From contig NZ_JBFWNP010000030.1 of NCBI RefSeq assembly GCF_050250995.1, positions 367 to 64,366 on the forward strand: a stretch of DNA of 64,000 nt, given 5' to 3'. Each line of letters opens with the position of its first letter. Within the stretch, counting starts at the first letter, position 1. This stretch comes from Ramlibacter sp. (lineage in GTDB: Bacteria > Pseudomonadota > Gammaproteobacteria > Burkholderiales > Burkholderiaceae_C). Shown here piece after piece: positions 37,950 to 47,311 of the stretch. Below the pieces are notes generated by a model. It was not told the origin of the DNA, searched no databases, and saw only the letters and a list, made by a program, of their open reading frames with translations. Position numbers and translations under genes: made by a program.

Positions 37950-38936
37950 ATGTCAGGCACCCGCCGCAATTTCATCGCGTTCGCTGCGGCCACGGCCGCC
38001 GCGTCGGCCTTCTCGCAGTCGGCATGGCCGAACCGGCCCGTGCGCATCGTCGTGCCGTTCCCGGCCGGCGGCACCACCGACATCCTCGCGCGCGCGATCG
38101 CGCCCGAACTCTCGCGCGCCTTCGGGCAGCAGTTCATCGTCGAGAACCGCGGGGGCGCGGGCGGCAACGTCGGCGCCGAACTCGTCGCGAAGTCGCCCGG
38201 CGACGGCTACACCTTCCTCATGGGCACGGTCGGCACGCACGGCATCAACCGCGCGCTCTACGACAAGATGCCCTACGACCCGATCAAGGACTTCGCGCCG
38301 GTCACGATGGTCGCGGGCGTGCCCAACGTGATGGTGATGAACCCGGACAAGGCGCGTGCCTACGGCATCAACAACGTCCGCGATTTCATCCGCTATGCGA
38401 AGGCGAACCCCGCCAAGCTCAACATGTCGTCGAGCGGCAACGGCACGTCGATCCACCTGGCCGGCGAACTCTTCAAGAGCCAGGCAGGCGTGTACATGGT
38501 TCACTTTCCTTACCGCGGATCGGCCCCGGCGCTGCTCGACCTCGTGGGCGGGACCATGGACGTGATGTTCGACAACCTGCCTTCCGCGCTGCAGCAGATC
38601 CGCGCCGGCAAGCTCAAGCCACTCGCGGTGACCAGCCTGCAGCGATCGGCCGCGCTGCCCGACGTGCCCACGATCGAGGAAGCCGCCGGCTTCAAGGGCT
38701 TCGATGCCACGTCATGGTTCGGCCTGCTCGCGCCGGCCGGCACGCCCGCCGACATCGTCAACCGGGTGCAGCAGGAAGTGGCGAAGGCCCTGGCCACGCC
38801 CGCGATGAAGGAAAAACTCGTGGCGCAGGGCGCGATCCCGAGCGGCAACACGCCGGCCGAGTTCGCCAGGCACATCGATGCCGAACATCGCAAGTGGGCG
38901 GCGGTGGTGAAGGCGTCGGGCGCGAAGGTGGATTGA
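37950..38936 (+). CDS. Bug/TctC substrate-binding protein
   Basis: [31 protein letters not shown]. Confidence 0.93.
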   Translation: MSGTRRNFIAFAAATAAASAFSQSAWPNRPVRIVVPFPAGGTTDILARAIAPELSRAFGQQFIVENRGGAGGNVGAELVAKSPGDGYTFLMGTVGTHGINRALYDKMPYDPIKDFAPVTMVAGVPNVMVMNPDKARAYGINNVRDFIRYAKANPAKLNMSSSGNGTSIHLAGELFKSQAGVYMVHFPYRGSAPALLDLVGGTMDVMFDNLPSALQQIRAGKLKPLAVTSLQRSAALPDVPTIEEAAGFKGFDATSWFGLLAPAGTPADIVNRVQQEVAKALATPAMKEKLVAQGAIPSGNTPAEFARHIDAEHRKWAAVVKASGAKVD

Positions 38937-38964
38937 CGTCATTCCCGCGCAGGCGGGAATGACG
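38937..38964. repeat. REP/dRS3-like palindrome
   Basis: CGTCATTCCCGC-gcag-GCGGGAATGACG, 12-bp stem containing ATTCCC-N8-GGGAAT, between convergent genes. Confidence 0.75.
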
Positions 38965-38968
38965 CCGA

Positions 38969-39292
38969 TCACACGCCCCAGACGATCTCGTGCCCGGCCT
39001 GCTGCGCGCGCCGCAGCATGTCGATAAAGGGGACGGCGCGCTGGCGCAGGGACACGGCATCGGCGCGCGGCGCGACCTCGCCGCGGGCCTTGGCTTCGTC
39101 GGCGGCGGCTTTCTGCTCCGCCTCTTCCTGCGCGATGGCCTGCTCCAGTGCGGCGATGGCGGCCGGCATCTGCGACGCCTCGATGATTCCCTTTGGCGCG
39201 GGGTCCTTGCCGATCGCTTCGAGCACGCGCCGCCCGTTGGGCTCGAGCATGATGAGGTCGCCGGCCGCTTTCGATTTGAACTTGTACAGCAT
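38969..39292 (-). CDS. DUF1840-family protein
   Basis: MLYKFKSKAAGDLIMLE...LRQRAVPFIDML...IVWGV. Confidence 0.85.
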   Translation of the reverse strand: MLYKFKSKAAGDLIMLEPNGRRVLEAIGKDPAPKGIIEASQMPAAIAALEQAIAQEEAEQKAAADEAKARGEVAPRADAVSLRQRAVPFIDMLRRAQQAGHEIVWGV

Positions 39293-39302
39293 GGCGCCAG
39301 TA

Positions 39303-40565
39303 TCAGCGATACACGTGGTCGCGTGTGAAGGGGTAGCTCGACTGCGCCCCCGGCAGTGAGCCGGTGCCCAGGTCCTCGTCGGGATGCGTCGCCAGGATCT
39401 GGTGCAGCGCGACCCAGCCCTGCTCGAACGTCATCGCGCAGCCCGCGAGATAGAGCCGGTAGGCGCGCAGCACCCGCGCGCCCTGCTCCTCGCCCGCTTC
39501 ACGCGCCAATACCGCCTGCGCATGGTCGAGCTGCGCCTCCAGCGCATCGGACCAGGCCCACAGCGTGCGTGCGTAGTGCGGCCGCAGGTTCTCGGTGTCG
39601 ACCATTTCCAGCCCGGCCGTCGCGGCGTCGCGCAGCACGCGGCTCACGTGCAGCAGCTCGCCGCCGGGAAAGATGTACTTGTCGATGAAGTCGCCCATGC
39701 CCGCGCCGAGCTGGCCCGCCTCCAGCGACCCCGCGGTGATGCCGTGGTTCATGACGAGCCCGCCGCGGCGCAGCAGCCGGCGGATGGTGGCGAAATACGT
39801 CGGCATGTTCGCAAGGCCGACGTGCTCGAACATGCCGACCGAGGCGATCTTGTCGAAAGGACGATCGACCTCGAGCTGCCGGTAGTCGCGCAGGTGGATG
39901 CGCACGCGGCCGGCCAGTCCCCGCTCGTCGATCAGCCGCTGCACGTAGGCGTGCTGGTTCTTCGACAGCGTGATGCCGGTCGCGTCCACGCCGTAGTGCT
40001 CCGCCGCCCAGAGCAGCAAACCGCCCCAGCCCGCGCCGATGTCGAGGAAGCGCTCGCCCGGCGCGAGCATCAGCTTGCGGCAGATCAGGTCGAGCTTGGC
40101 CTCCTGCGCCTGCGCGAGGGACATCTGCGCCTCGCGGAAATAGGCGCACGAGTACACCCGCCGCGCGTCGAGCCAGAGCGCGTAGAAATCGTCGGAGACG
40201 TCGTAGTGGAACTCGATCTGCCGCGCGTCCCGCTGCGGGGTGTGCTTGGCGAGCGAGAGCGCGCGCCGCCGCATGCGCGCCCACCAGGGCTCCTCGTTGT
40301 CGAGCGGGCTGGCGGTGAGCAGGCCCGCGGCCACCGCCATCAGGTCGCGCGCGCGGCCCTGGATGTCGACGCGCTTCTCGACGTAGGCCTCGGCCACGCG
40401 GCCGATCTGCCCGGTGGCAAGGCGGGCGAAATCCGACCACTCGTCGAATGCCAGCCGCACGGCGCCACCGTCGGCGCCGACCTGCCGGCCACCCGGGAGG
40501 CGCAGCGACACCTTGACGGGAAGGCGGTCGAGCCGGGACTCGATCGCCTGGATCAGCGCGTCCAT
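39303..40565 (-). CDS. cfa: Cyclopropane-fatty-acyl-phospholipid synthase-like methyltransferase
   Basis: HYDVSDDFY, YSCAYF, LDIGAGWG, SVGMFEHVG, YIFPGG. Confidence 0.85.
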   Translation of the reverse strand: MDALIQAIESRLDRLPVKVSLRLPGGRQVGADGGAVRLAFDEWSDFARLATGQIGRVAEAYVEKRVDIQGRARDLMAVAAGLLTASPLDNEEPWWARMRRRALSLAKHTPQRDARQIEFHYDVSDDFYALWLDARRVYSCAYFREAQMSLAQAQEAKLDLICRKLMLAPGERFLDIGAGWGGLLLWAAEHYGVDATGITLSKNQHAYVQRLIDERGLAGRVRIHLRDYRQLEVDRPFDKIASVGMFEHVGLANMPTYFATIRRLLRRGGLVMNHGITAGSLEAGQLGAGMGDFIDKYIFPGGELLHVSRVLRDAATAGLEMVDTENLRPHYARTLWAWSDALEAQLDHAQAVLAREAGEEQGARVLRAYRLYLAGCAMTFEQGWVALHQILATHPDEDLGTGSLPGAQSSYPFTRDHVYR

Positions 40566-40621
40566 GCCCGAATTTTCGTCAGGGCCGGGCACCGGCGTCA
40601 ACAGGCGCCAGGGGCGAAGGA

Positions 40622-40649
40622 TTGACAGGCATTTCTTCAGGTTTAAACT
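40622..40649 (+). promoter_or_regulatory. sigma70 promoter with overlapping palindrome (MarR autoregulation candidate)
   Basis: TTGACA-N16-TAAACT; GTTTAAAC palindrome at 40641-40648. Confidence 0.6.
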
Positions 40650-40677
40650 ATTTAGGTCGAAGCAAAGGATGCGCCCC

Positions 40678-41154
40678 ATGGACATCGAAGCCCGCGCCCA
40701 CAGCGAGCACCCCGAAGCCCTGCGCCTGTGGCTGCGCCTGCTGACGTGCACGCAGCTCGTCGAGAAGGACGTGCGCTCGCGCCTGCGGGAGCGTTTCGAC
40801 ACGACGCTGCCCCGCTTCGACCTCATGGCGCAGCTCGAGCGATCCGAGGACGGGCTGAAGATGAACGAACTCTCTCGCCGCATGATGGTCACGGGCGGCA
40901 ACGTGACCGGCATCACCGACCAGCTGGTGGCCGAGGGGCTCGTCGAGCGCATCGACGTCGAAGGCGACCGGCGCGCCTACCGCGTGCGACTGACGGCGAA
41001 GGGACGGCGGCTGTTCAACGACATGGCGCGCGAGCACGAGACCTGGATCCTCGATGCCTTCTCGGCCTTGACCGAACGCGAGGTCGCGACGCTGCACCGC
41101 CTGCTCGGCAAGGTGAAGGACCATGCCCGCGGATCGGCGGAGGTGTCGCCGTGA
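40678..41154 (+). CDS. MarR-family regulator
   Basis: LWLRLL...TLPRFDLMAQL...VTGGNVTGITDQL...DRR. Confidence 0.9.
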   Translation: MDIEARAHSEHPEALRLWLRLLTCTQLVEKDVRSRLRERFDTTLPRFDLMAQLERSEDGLKMNELSRRMMVTGGNVTGITDQLVAEGLVERIDVEGDRRAYRVRLTAKGRRLFNDMAREHETWILDAFSALTEREVATLHRLLGKVKDHARGSAEVSP

Positions 41155-41210
41155 GGGCGCGCGCCGACCGCGCCGCGGGCGTCCGGCGCGGCAATGGAGC
41201 CCGCGGATGA
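41151..41210 (+). other. 19-codon mini-ORF coupling marR to the ligase
   Basis: GTG overlaps the marR TGA; its TGA overlaps the ligase ATG; GGAGG SD upstream. Confidence 0.4.
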
Positions 41211-42820
41211 GCCGGCCGACCGACCGTTTCGCGCGCGACCGCCTGCCGCCCGCGGCGCAATGGCCTGAACTGCGCTACGACCTGCCCGAGCTTCGGTTGC
41301 CGGCCGAGTGCAACCTCGTGGAGACCCTGCTCGACAAGGCGCGCGAACGCGGCTGGGCCGACCGACCGATGCTGCGCTCGAGCGCGGGCACGCTCACTTA
41401 CGACCAGGCGCGCCAGCGCATCGACCGGGTGGCGCGCGTGCTGGTCGAGGACCTCGGCGTCCAGCCCGGCCACCGCGTGCTGCTGCGCGGCGGCAACTCC
41501 ATCGGGCTCGCCATCGCCTGGCTCGCCGTCGTGAAGTGCGGCGCGATCGCGGTCGCCACCATGCCGCTGCTGCGCGCTCGCGAACTCGGCGACATCCTCG
41601 ACAAGGCGCAGCCGGCGCTCGCGCTGTGCGACGCGAAGCTGCTCGACGAACTCGAATTCGCGCGCCGCGAGCGGCCGACCCTGCGTCGCGTGGTTGCGTT
41701 CAACGCGGGCAACGATCCGGCTTCGCTGGAAGCCCTCGCTGAGGGCAAGGCGGGCGACTTCGCGGCCGCCGCCACCGATGCCGACGACGTTGCCCTGCTT
41801 GCCTTCACGTCGGGAACCACGGGCAAGCCCAAGGCGGCCGCGCACACGCACCGCGATGTGCTGGCCGCCTGCGAGGCCTGGCCGCGTCACGTGCTTCGCT
41901 CGACGCCGCAGGACGTCGTGATCGGCAGCCCGCCGCTCGCCTTCACCTTCGGCCTCGGCGGCCTGCTGATCTTTCCCATGTGGGCCGGCAGCTCGGTGTA
42001 TTTTCCCGACGCGCCCTACACGCCCGAGACCATGGTGCGGACGATCCATGAGGTCGGCGCCACGATCTGCTACACCGCGCCGACCTTCTACCGGCAGATG
42101 GCGCCGTTCGCGAAACGGCAGGGCATCGGGGCACTGCGCGTGAGCGTGAGCGCGGGCGAGGGCCTGCCCGACGCGACACGGCAGCTCTGGAAGGAAGCGA
42201 GCGGCATCGAGATCACCGACGGCATCGGCGCCACGGAGATGTTCCATATCTTCATTTCCTCGCCGCCGGCCGAAGTCCGCCGCGGCGCGATCGGCAAGGT
42301 GGTGCCCGGCTACACCGCGAAGGTGGTCGACGACGAGGGCAAGGAAGTGCCGCGCGGCCAGGTCGGCAAGCTCGCCGTGATCGGGCCGACGGGCTGCAAA
42401 TACCTCGACGACCCCCGCCAGTCGAACTACGTGAAGGACGGCTGGAACTACCCCGGCGACGCATTCACGCAGGACGAGGACGGCTATTTTTTCTATCGCG
42501 CGCGGGCGGACGACATGATCATCACGGCCGGCTACAACGTGGGCGGCCCGGAGGTCGAGGATGCGCTGCTGAAGCACGCGGCCGTGGCCGAGTGCGGCGT
42601 CGTCGGCAAGCCCGACGAGGAGCGCGGGATGATCGTCAAGGCCTTCGTCGTGCTCAAGCCCGGGAACGAGCCCGGTGCGTCGATGGCGAAGGCGCTGCAG
42701 GACCACGTGAAGGCGACCATCGCGCCGTTCAAGTATCCGCGCGAGATCGAATTCGTCGCGAGCCTGCCGCGCACCGAAACCGGCAAGCTGCAGCGATTCC
42801 GGCTGCGCGAGCGCGACTGA
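41207..42820 (+). CDS. Aryl-CoA ligase (2-aminobenzoate/benzoate-CoA ligase family)
   Basis: FARDRLPP..QWP, FTSGTTGKPK, DGIGATE, GWNYPGD, LPRTETGKLQRF. Confidence 0.88.
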   Translation: MSRPTDRFARDRLPPAAQWPELRYDLPELRLPAECNLVETLLDKARERGWADRPMLRSSAGTLTYDQARQRIDRVARVLVEDLGVQPGHRVLLRGGNSIGLAIAWLAVVKCGAIAVATMPLLRARELGDILDKAQPALALCDAKLLDELEFARRERPTLRRVVAFNAGNDPASLEALAEGKAGDFAAAATDADDVALLAFTSGTTGKPKAAAHTHRDVLAACEAWPRHVLRSTPQDVVIGSPPLAFTFGLGGLLIFPMWAGSSVYFPDAPYTPETMVRTIHEVGATICYTAPTFYRQMAPFAKRQGIGALRVSVSAGEGLPDATRQLWKEASGIEITDGIGATEMFHIFISSPPAEVRRGAIGKVVPGYTAKVVDDEGKEVPRGQVGKLAVIGPTGCKYLDDPRQSNYVKDGWNYPGDAFTQDEDGYFFYRARADDMIITAGYNVGGPEVEDALLKHAAVAECGVVGKPDEERGMIVKAFVVLKPGNEPGASMAKALQDHVKATIAPFKYPREIEFVASLPRTETGKLQRFRLRERD

Positions 42821-42835
42821 GCGCCCGTTGGTGCG

Positions 42836-44965
42836 CTAGAAGCCGCTTTCGCGGACGAGGACCTGCAGGCCGCGGCGCGTTGCCGCTGCGAGCGAATCGA
42901 GGGGTCCCGTTGGCACCACGAGCCGGCCTGCCAGCACGGCGCCCGGCGCCCGTCCCGGTATCTGCACGTCAACCTGGTACAGCGTCTCCTTGAGCTGCCA
43001 TTCGCCGCGCGCGCTCTGCGTCGCGATCAGGTCGCCGCCGTGGTGCGCATCGAGCAACTGGTGCGGCAGCACGCGCGTGCCCGTGGTGTCGATGCGCACC
43101 ACCTTGCCCTCGACACGCGGCCGCTCGGGCAGGTTCGGCACGAAGGTGACTTCGGTGCCGACGGCGAGCCGGCGGACCTGCGTCTCGGACACCCACGCCC
43201 GCACCTGGCCCTGTTCGATGTCGACGAGCCGGCCCAGCAGCCGGCGCGGGTTGATCCAGCGGCCGGGCGCGATGTCCGTCGGGACGTCGACCAGGCGCCC
43301 CGCGTGCGCGCTGCGGATTGTGAGCCGCTCGAGCTCGTCGGCCACCGCGCGCTGCTCGGACACGGCCTGTTCGAGCTCCTCCTGCAGCACGAGGGCGCGC
43401 TCGCGGTTGCGGTCGCTCGCCGGAATGCGCGCGAGTTCGGCGCGGTTGCGCTCGATGCGCACCGCCGCCGCCTGCCCCCGGAAGTAGAGATCGGGCGCCT
43501 GCAGCTCGAGCAGCAGCTGGCCCGCCTTGACGACCTGTCCGTCTTCCACATGCACGGCCGCCACCTGCGCCGGCGTGGCGGCGTAGATGCGGGTTTCCTC
43601 GCCCGCCAGCCATAGCGCGGGCGCGCGCGATTCGCCGGACCACGCGAGCAGTGTCGCGGTGCCGCCCAGCAGCGCGAGGATCGCGATCAGTCGCCCCCAG
43701 CGCGGTCGCGCCCGGGCGCGATCCTTCCACACGGCCCGCGCCTCGCTCCAGACCGGCCGCGCGAGGAACCAGACCAGTTCGACCGCCATGAGCAGGATGC
43801 CCAGCGCCTTGAAGAAGGCGAAGTACACGAGCGCGGCGATGCCGAGGAAGACGATCGCGCGATAGGCCCAGGTGACGTAGGCAAAGCCGATCAGGAAGCG
43901 CCGCATGCCCGCGCCGAAATGTTCCGGCGCCGGCACGTCGATGCCCCACAGCTGCTTGCGCATCCACCACTTCGCCAGCGCGCCGCTGCGCTCGTGCAGG
44001 TTGGGGAAGTCGAGCGCGTCCGAGAGCAGGAAGTAGCCGTCGAAGCGCATGAACGGGCTCGCGTTGATCGAGATCGTGAGAATCAGCGAGGTGGTGGCCA
44101 GGAAGAAGAGCGCGGCGCGCAGCGCGCCCGGCGGCGCGAGCGTCCACAGGAACAGGCAGACCAGCGCGATGCTCAGCTCGGTGGCGACGCCGGCGGCGGC
44201 GATGCGGAAGCGGGCGCGATGGTCTTCGAGTTTCCAGCTGTCGCTGGTGTCCGTGTAGAGCATCGGCCACAGCACGAGGAAGGCCAGGCCCATCACCGGC
44301 ACCCGCACGCCATGATGGCGCGCGACGAACGCATGCCCCAGCTCGTGCAGGACTTTGGCGAACGACGCCGCGACGGCGGAGGCGATGAGCCCGTCGATCG
44401 TGAACAGCCCCGCGAACGACTGCGTGAACTCGGTCCATTCGCGCGCCACGGCGAACGGCGTGAGGATCGCGAGGACGACCAGCGCCACCTTGACCGGCGT
44501 CGACACGAGCAAGCGCGCCCACGGCAGCATGCGCTCGAGCCAGGCATCGGGCCGCACGAGCGGCAGGCGGAAGAAGAGGTAGTGGTGCAGCAGCCAGACG
44601 AGCCAGTGCTGGTGCCCGCGCCGCCACAGCTCCAGCAGCACGGCGTAGTCGCCGCTGTGCCCCGCGGCCACCAGCTGGTGGCGCAGCAGGAATTCGCGCA
44701 GCGCGAGCACTTCCTCGACGTCCACGTCGACGCCCAGCTGCTCGCCGGCGCGCGCCGCGATGTCGGCCGGCGTCGCGCCCGCCTGCCACTGGGCGAGCAT
44801 CTCGACGTCGAAGGTGCCGAGCTCGAAGTAGCGGTTGCGCAGCGGGTCGTGGATGCGAAAGCGCGGCGAGCCGTCGCGGAAGATGCCCACGCGCTGCACG
44901 TGCAGGTCTTCGCGCAGCCCCGGCAGGGCCATCTGCGCGGGATTCAGCCCCATGGTGAAGGCCAT
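42836..44965 (-). CDS. Site-2 protease (M50)-like membrane protein with C-terminal HlyD/biotinyl-lipoyl-like domain
   Basis: HELGH, NASPFMRFDG, multiple TM helices, then VEDGQVVKAGQLL and coiled coil. Confidence 0.85.
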   Translation of the reverse strand: MAFTMGLNPAQMALPGLREDLHVQRVGIFRDGSPRFRIHDPLRNRYFELGTFDVEMLAQWQAGATPADIAARAGEQLGVDVDVEEVLALREFLLRHQLVAAGHSGDYAVLLELWRRGHQHWLVWLLHHYLFFRLPLVRPDAWLERMLPWARLLVSTPVKVALVVLAILTPFAVAREWTEFTQSFAGLFTIDGLIASAVAASFAKVLHELGHAFVARHHGVRVPVMGLAFLVLWPMLYTDTSDSWKLEDHRARFRIAAAGVATELSIALVCLFLWTLAPPGALRAALFFLATTSLILTISINASPFMRFDGYFLLSDALDFPNLHERSGALAKWWMRKQLWGIDVPAPEHFGAGMRRFLIGFAYVTWAYRAIVFLGIAALVYFAFFKALGILLMAVELVWFLARPVWSEARAVWKDRARARPRWGRLIAILALLGGTATLLAWSGESRAPALWLAGEETRIYAATPAQVAAVHVEDGQVVKAGQLLLELQAPDLYFRGQAAAVRIERNRAELARIPASDRNRERALVLQEELEQAVSEQRAVADELERLTIRSAHAGRLVDVPTDIAPGRWINPRRLLGRLVDIEQGQVRAWVSETQVRRLAVGTEVTFVPNLPERPRVEGKVVRIDTTGTRVLPHQLLDAHHGGDLIATQSARGEWQLKETLYQVDVQIPGRAPGAVLAGRLVVPTGPLDSLAAATRRGLQVLVRESGF

Positions 44966-44969
44966 TTCA

Positions 44970-45045
44970 GTGCCGCCCGGCCGCCCGAAGGCACTGAGAA
45001 GCCCCCTCGGGGGGCACCGGACCGCGCGAAGCGGGGGAGCGTGGC
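44970..45045. repeat. Burkholderiales-type dispersed palindromic repeat
   Basis: GCCGCCCGGCCGCCCGAAGGC...GCCCCCTCGGGGGGCA...CGCGAAGCGGGGGAGCGTGG; resembles an element I recognise from Comamonadaceae intergenic DNA. Confidence 0.55.
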
Positions 45046-45057
45046 GGCTGTCTCACT

Positions 45058-46383
45058 TCAGAACCCCAGCATGCGCCGCGCGGTCGCGAACGGCCGGCGG
45101 AAGATGTAGTAGCCGAGCGGCACGGTGTCGCCATAGATCTTGGCCGAGCCGCGCACGCCCAGGCGCGGCGCCTGCGTGCCTCGCTCGAATTCGGCGCGCA
45201 GCACGTAGGCGAGGCCTGCATCGACCGTGTTCTCCGCCTCGTAGCCGATCAGGACGATGGTGGCGGTGAGCGTGTCCAGCGGCGAGATGTTCTGATAGAA
45301 CTGCACCTCGCTGCCGACGCGGATGTCGATGAGATCCTCCGCGGGCAGATGCAGCGTGAGGCCGGCCAGCGCGGGGTTCGCGACGGTCGCGATGCGCTCG
45401 CCGGTCACGAGCGGCCGGCCGATCCATTCGTCCGCGCTCGTGTACGTCACGAGCCCGTCGATCGGCGCCTTGAGCTGCACGCGGCCCAGCAACTCCTCGT
45501 TGTAGGCGAGTTCGGCCTGCTTTTCGTCCATGCGCGCCTTCAGCGTCAGCAGTTCCGAGCGGCTCTGGTCGTCGCCGAAGGCCTTGGAGCCGGCGCGCGC
45601 GTACTCGGCGCGCGCGATTTCGAGACCCTTGCTGGCGACCGCGAAGCGGTTGCGCACGACCGTATCGTCGATGGACGCGACGACGGTGCCCGCCTTCACC
45701 ATGGTGTTGGGCGGGACATGGAAGCGGGCGAGCACGCCGTCGACGGGCGCGGCGATGGCGGCGGGATCGAGCGGCGTCACCTCGGCCGGCGCGACGGCCG
45801 TGAGGCGCACCGGGATCGCCATGAGGCCGGCGATGACGAGGATCGAGATCAGCAGCGCGCTGCGCGAACCGCGCAGGCGCTGGCCCAGCCGCTCGCGCCA
45901 GCCCCGGCCTTCCCACGCCGCGAGCACCAGCGCCACCTGGCGCGACGCGAGCTGCAGCAGCGCGACGCCCTGCGCGGGCAGGGGCTCTTCGAACGCCACC
46001 AGCAGCCAGCCGAGCAGGCCGCCCGAGGGCGACACGAGCCGGCACAGCACCGCCTGCTCGGGCAGCCATTCGGCCCAGTCGCGAGCGAGCGCTTCGGGCA
46101 CGTCCTCGACTGTGAACGCGGCCACCGGCTGGTCGCCCGCGTGCTTCACGAGCTGCGTCAGCCACTGCGCGAAGGGCGCGTTCTCGTCGACTTCGGAGAG
46201 ATGCGAGACGGCCGCGATGCGCACCTTGCGCACCGCGTCGGGCTTGAGCAGCACCGCGAGGCGGTGCGGCATGACGGTGCCCAACCGGTTGGCGGCGACG
46301 AAGCCCGCTTCGGCGGCGGAGTGCGCCCCCACCAGTTCGGCCTCGAAGCGCAGCAGTGCCTGAGCAGGATCGGCGGCTTCCAT
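45058..46383 (-). CDS. GAF-like + HlyD-family periplasmic adaptor
   Basis: N-term GAF-like domain, TM helix, IAAPVDGV, LKAPIDG, GERIA. Confidence 0.85.
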   Translation of the reverse strand: MEAADPAQALLRFEAELVGAHSAAEAGFVAANRLGTVMPHRLAVLLKPDAVRKVRIAAVSHLSEVDENAPFAQWLTQLVKHAGDQPVAAFTVEDVPEALARDWAEWLPEQAVLCRLVSPSGGLLGWLLVAFEEPLPAQGVALLQLASRQVALVLAAWEGRGWRERLGQRLRGSRSALLISILVIAGLMAIPVRLTAVAPAEVTPLDPAAIAAPVDGVLARFHVPPNTMVKAGTVVASIDDTVVRNRFAVASKGLEIARAEYARAGSKAFGDDQSRSELLTLKARMDEKQAELAYNEELLGRVQLKAPIDGLVTYTSADEWIGRPLVTGERIATVANPALAGLTLHLPAEDLIDIRVGSEVQFYQNISPLDTLTATIVLIGYEAENTVDAGLAYVLRAEFERGTQAPRLGVRGSAKIYGDTVPLGYYIFRRPFATARRMLGF

Positions 46384-46388
46384 CGGCA

Positions 46389-47285
46389 CTAGCGCGCGCC
46401 GTCGAACACGGCCTTGCCGATCATCCCGGGGAGCACGTTGACCGGCACCCTGTCGAAGCGGCCGGTGACCTCCACGGTCTGGCTCGACCCGTCGATGCGG
46501 CTGCTGATCTTGGCGATCTTCGCCCGGTAACTGCTCCCGGTCTCGTCCACGGTGAGCGTGAAATTCGCGCCGGGCTTGAGCCAGCGCAGCCACGCGGAGG
46601 GAACGAACAACTGCGCGCGCAGGCTCGCGGGATTGACGATCTCCAGCAGCGGCTGCCCCAGGTTCACCGACTCGAAGGCCTTGGCGCGCATGCGCACGAC
46701 CTTGCCCGGATAGGGCGCGTGCACCACGCAGTATTGCTCCTGGGTACGGGCGAGCTCGAGCTGCGAGCGCGCCTTCGCGGCCGCGGCCGCGGCCACGGTC
46801 ACGTCGAGGTCGCTCGCGGCGCCGAGGCTTTGCAGCTTGAGTCGCGCGAGGTGGGTCTCGCGCGCGCTCAGGAGCTCGGCCTGCGCCACCTTCACCGTGG
46901 CCTGCCGCTCCGAGCAGTCGAAGGCGGCGAGCAGTTCGCCCTGCTTGAAGCTGTCGCCGACCTGCTTGGGCATGCTGATCAGACGGCCGGCGAACTGCGA
47001 CGAGATCGTGGCTTCCATTTCGGCGACGACGAGCGCGCGCACTTCACCCGGGCCAGCGATCGGCACCCCGAGCGTGGCCGGGGCCGGGACGGGAATGGCC
47101 GTCGGCGCCGCCACCGAATCGGCGGGGGCGATGGCGCGCGGCGGGCGCAGCGGCAGCGGCTGCACCTGGCCCGGCGGCGCCGGGCGGGGCGGCGTCTGCG
47201 CCAGGACGGCGGCAGCCGACAGGCCCAGCGTCGCAACGGCGGTCCAGCGCGCGAAGACCCGGTACATCAGGAAATTATTCGGCAT
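46389..47285 (-). CDS. Efflux RND/HlyD periplasmic adaptor subunit
   Basis: Signal peptide + Pro-rich linker, TISSQFAGR, VHAPYPGKV, RIDGSSQT, LPGMIG. Confidence 0.88.
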   Translation of the reverse strand: MPNNFLMYRVFARWTAVATLGLSAAAVLAQTPPRPAPPGQVQPLPLRPPRAIAPADSVAAPTAIPVPAPATLGVPIAGPGEVRALVVAEMEATISSQFAGRLISMPKQVGDSFKQGELLAAFDCSERQATVKVAQAELLSARETHLARLKLQSLGAASDLDVTVAAAAAAKARSQLELARTQEQYCVVHAPYPGKVVRMRAKAFESVNLGQPLLEIVNPASLRAQLFVPSAWLRWLKPGANFTLTVDETGSSYRAKIAKISSRIDGSSQTVEVTGRFDRVPVNVLPGMIGKAVFDGAR

Positions 47286-47311
47286 TCCTTGGCGAAAGAC
47301 TGAGGCGCGCT

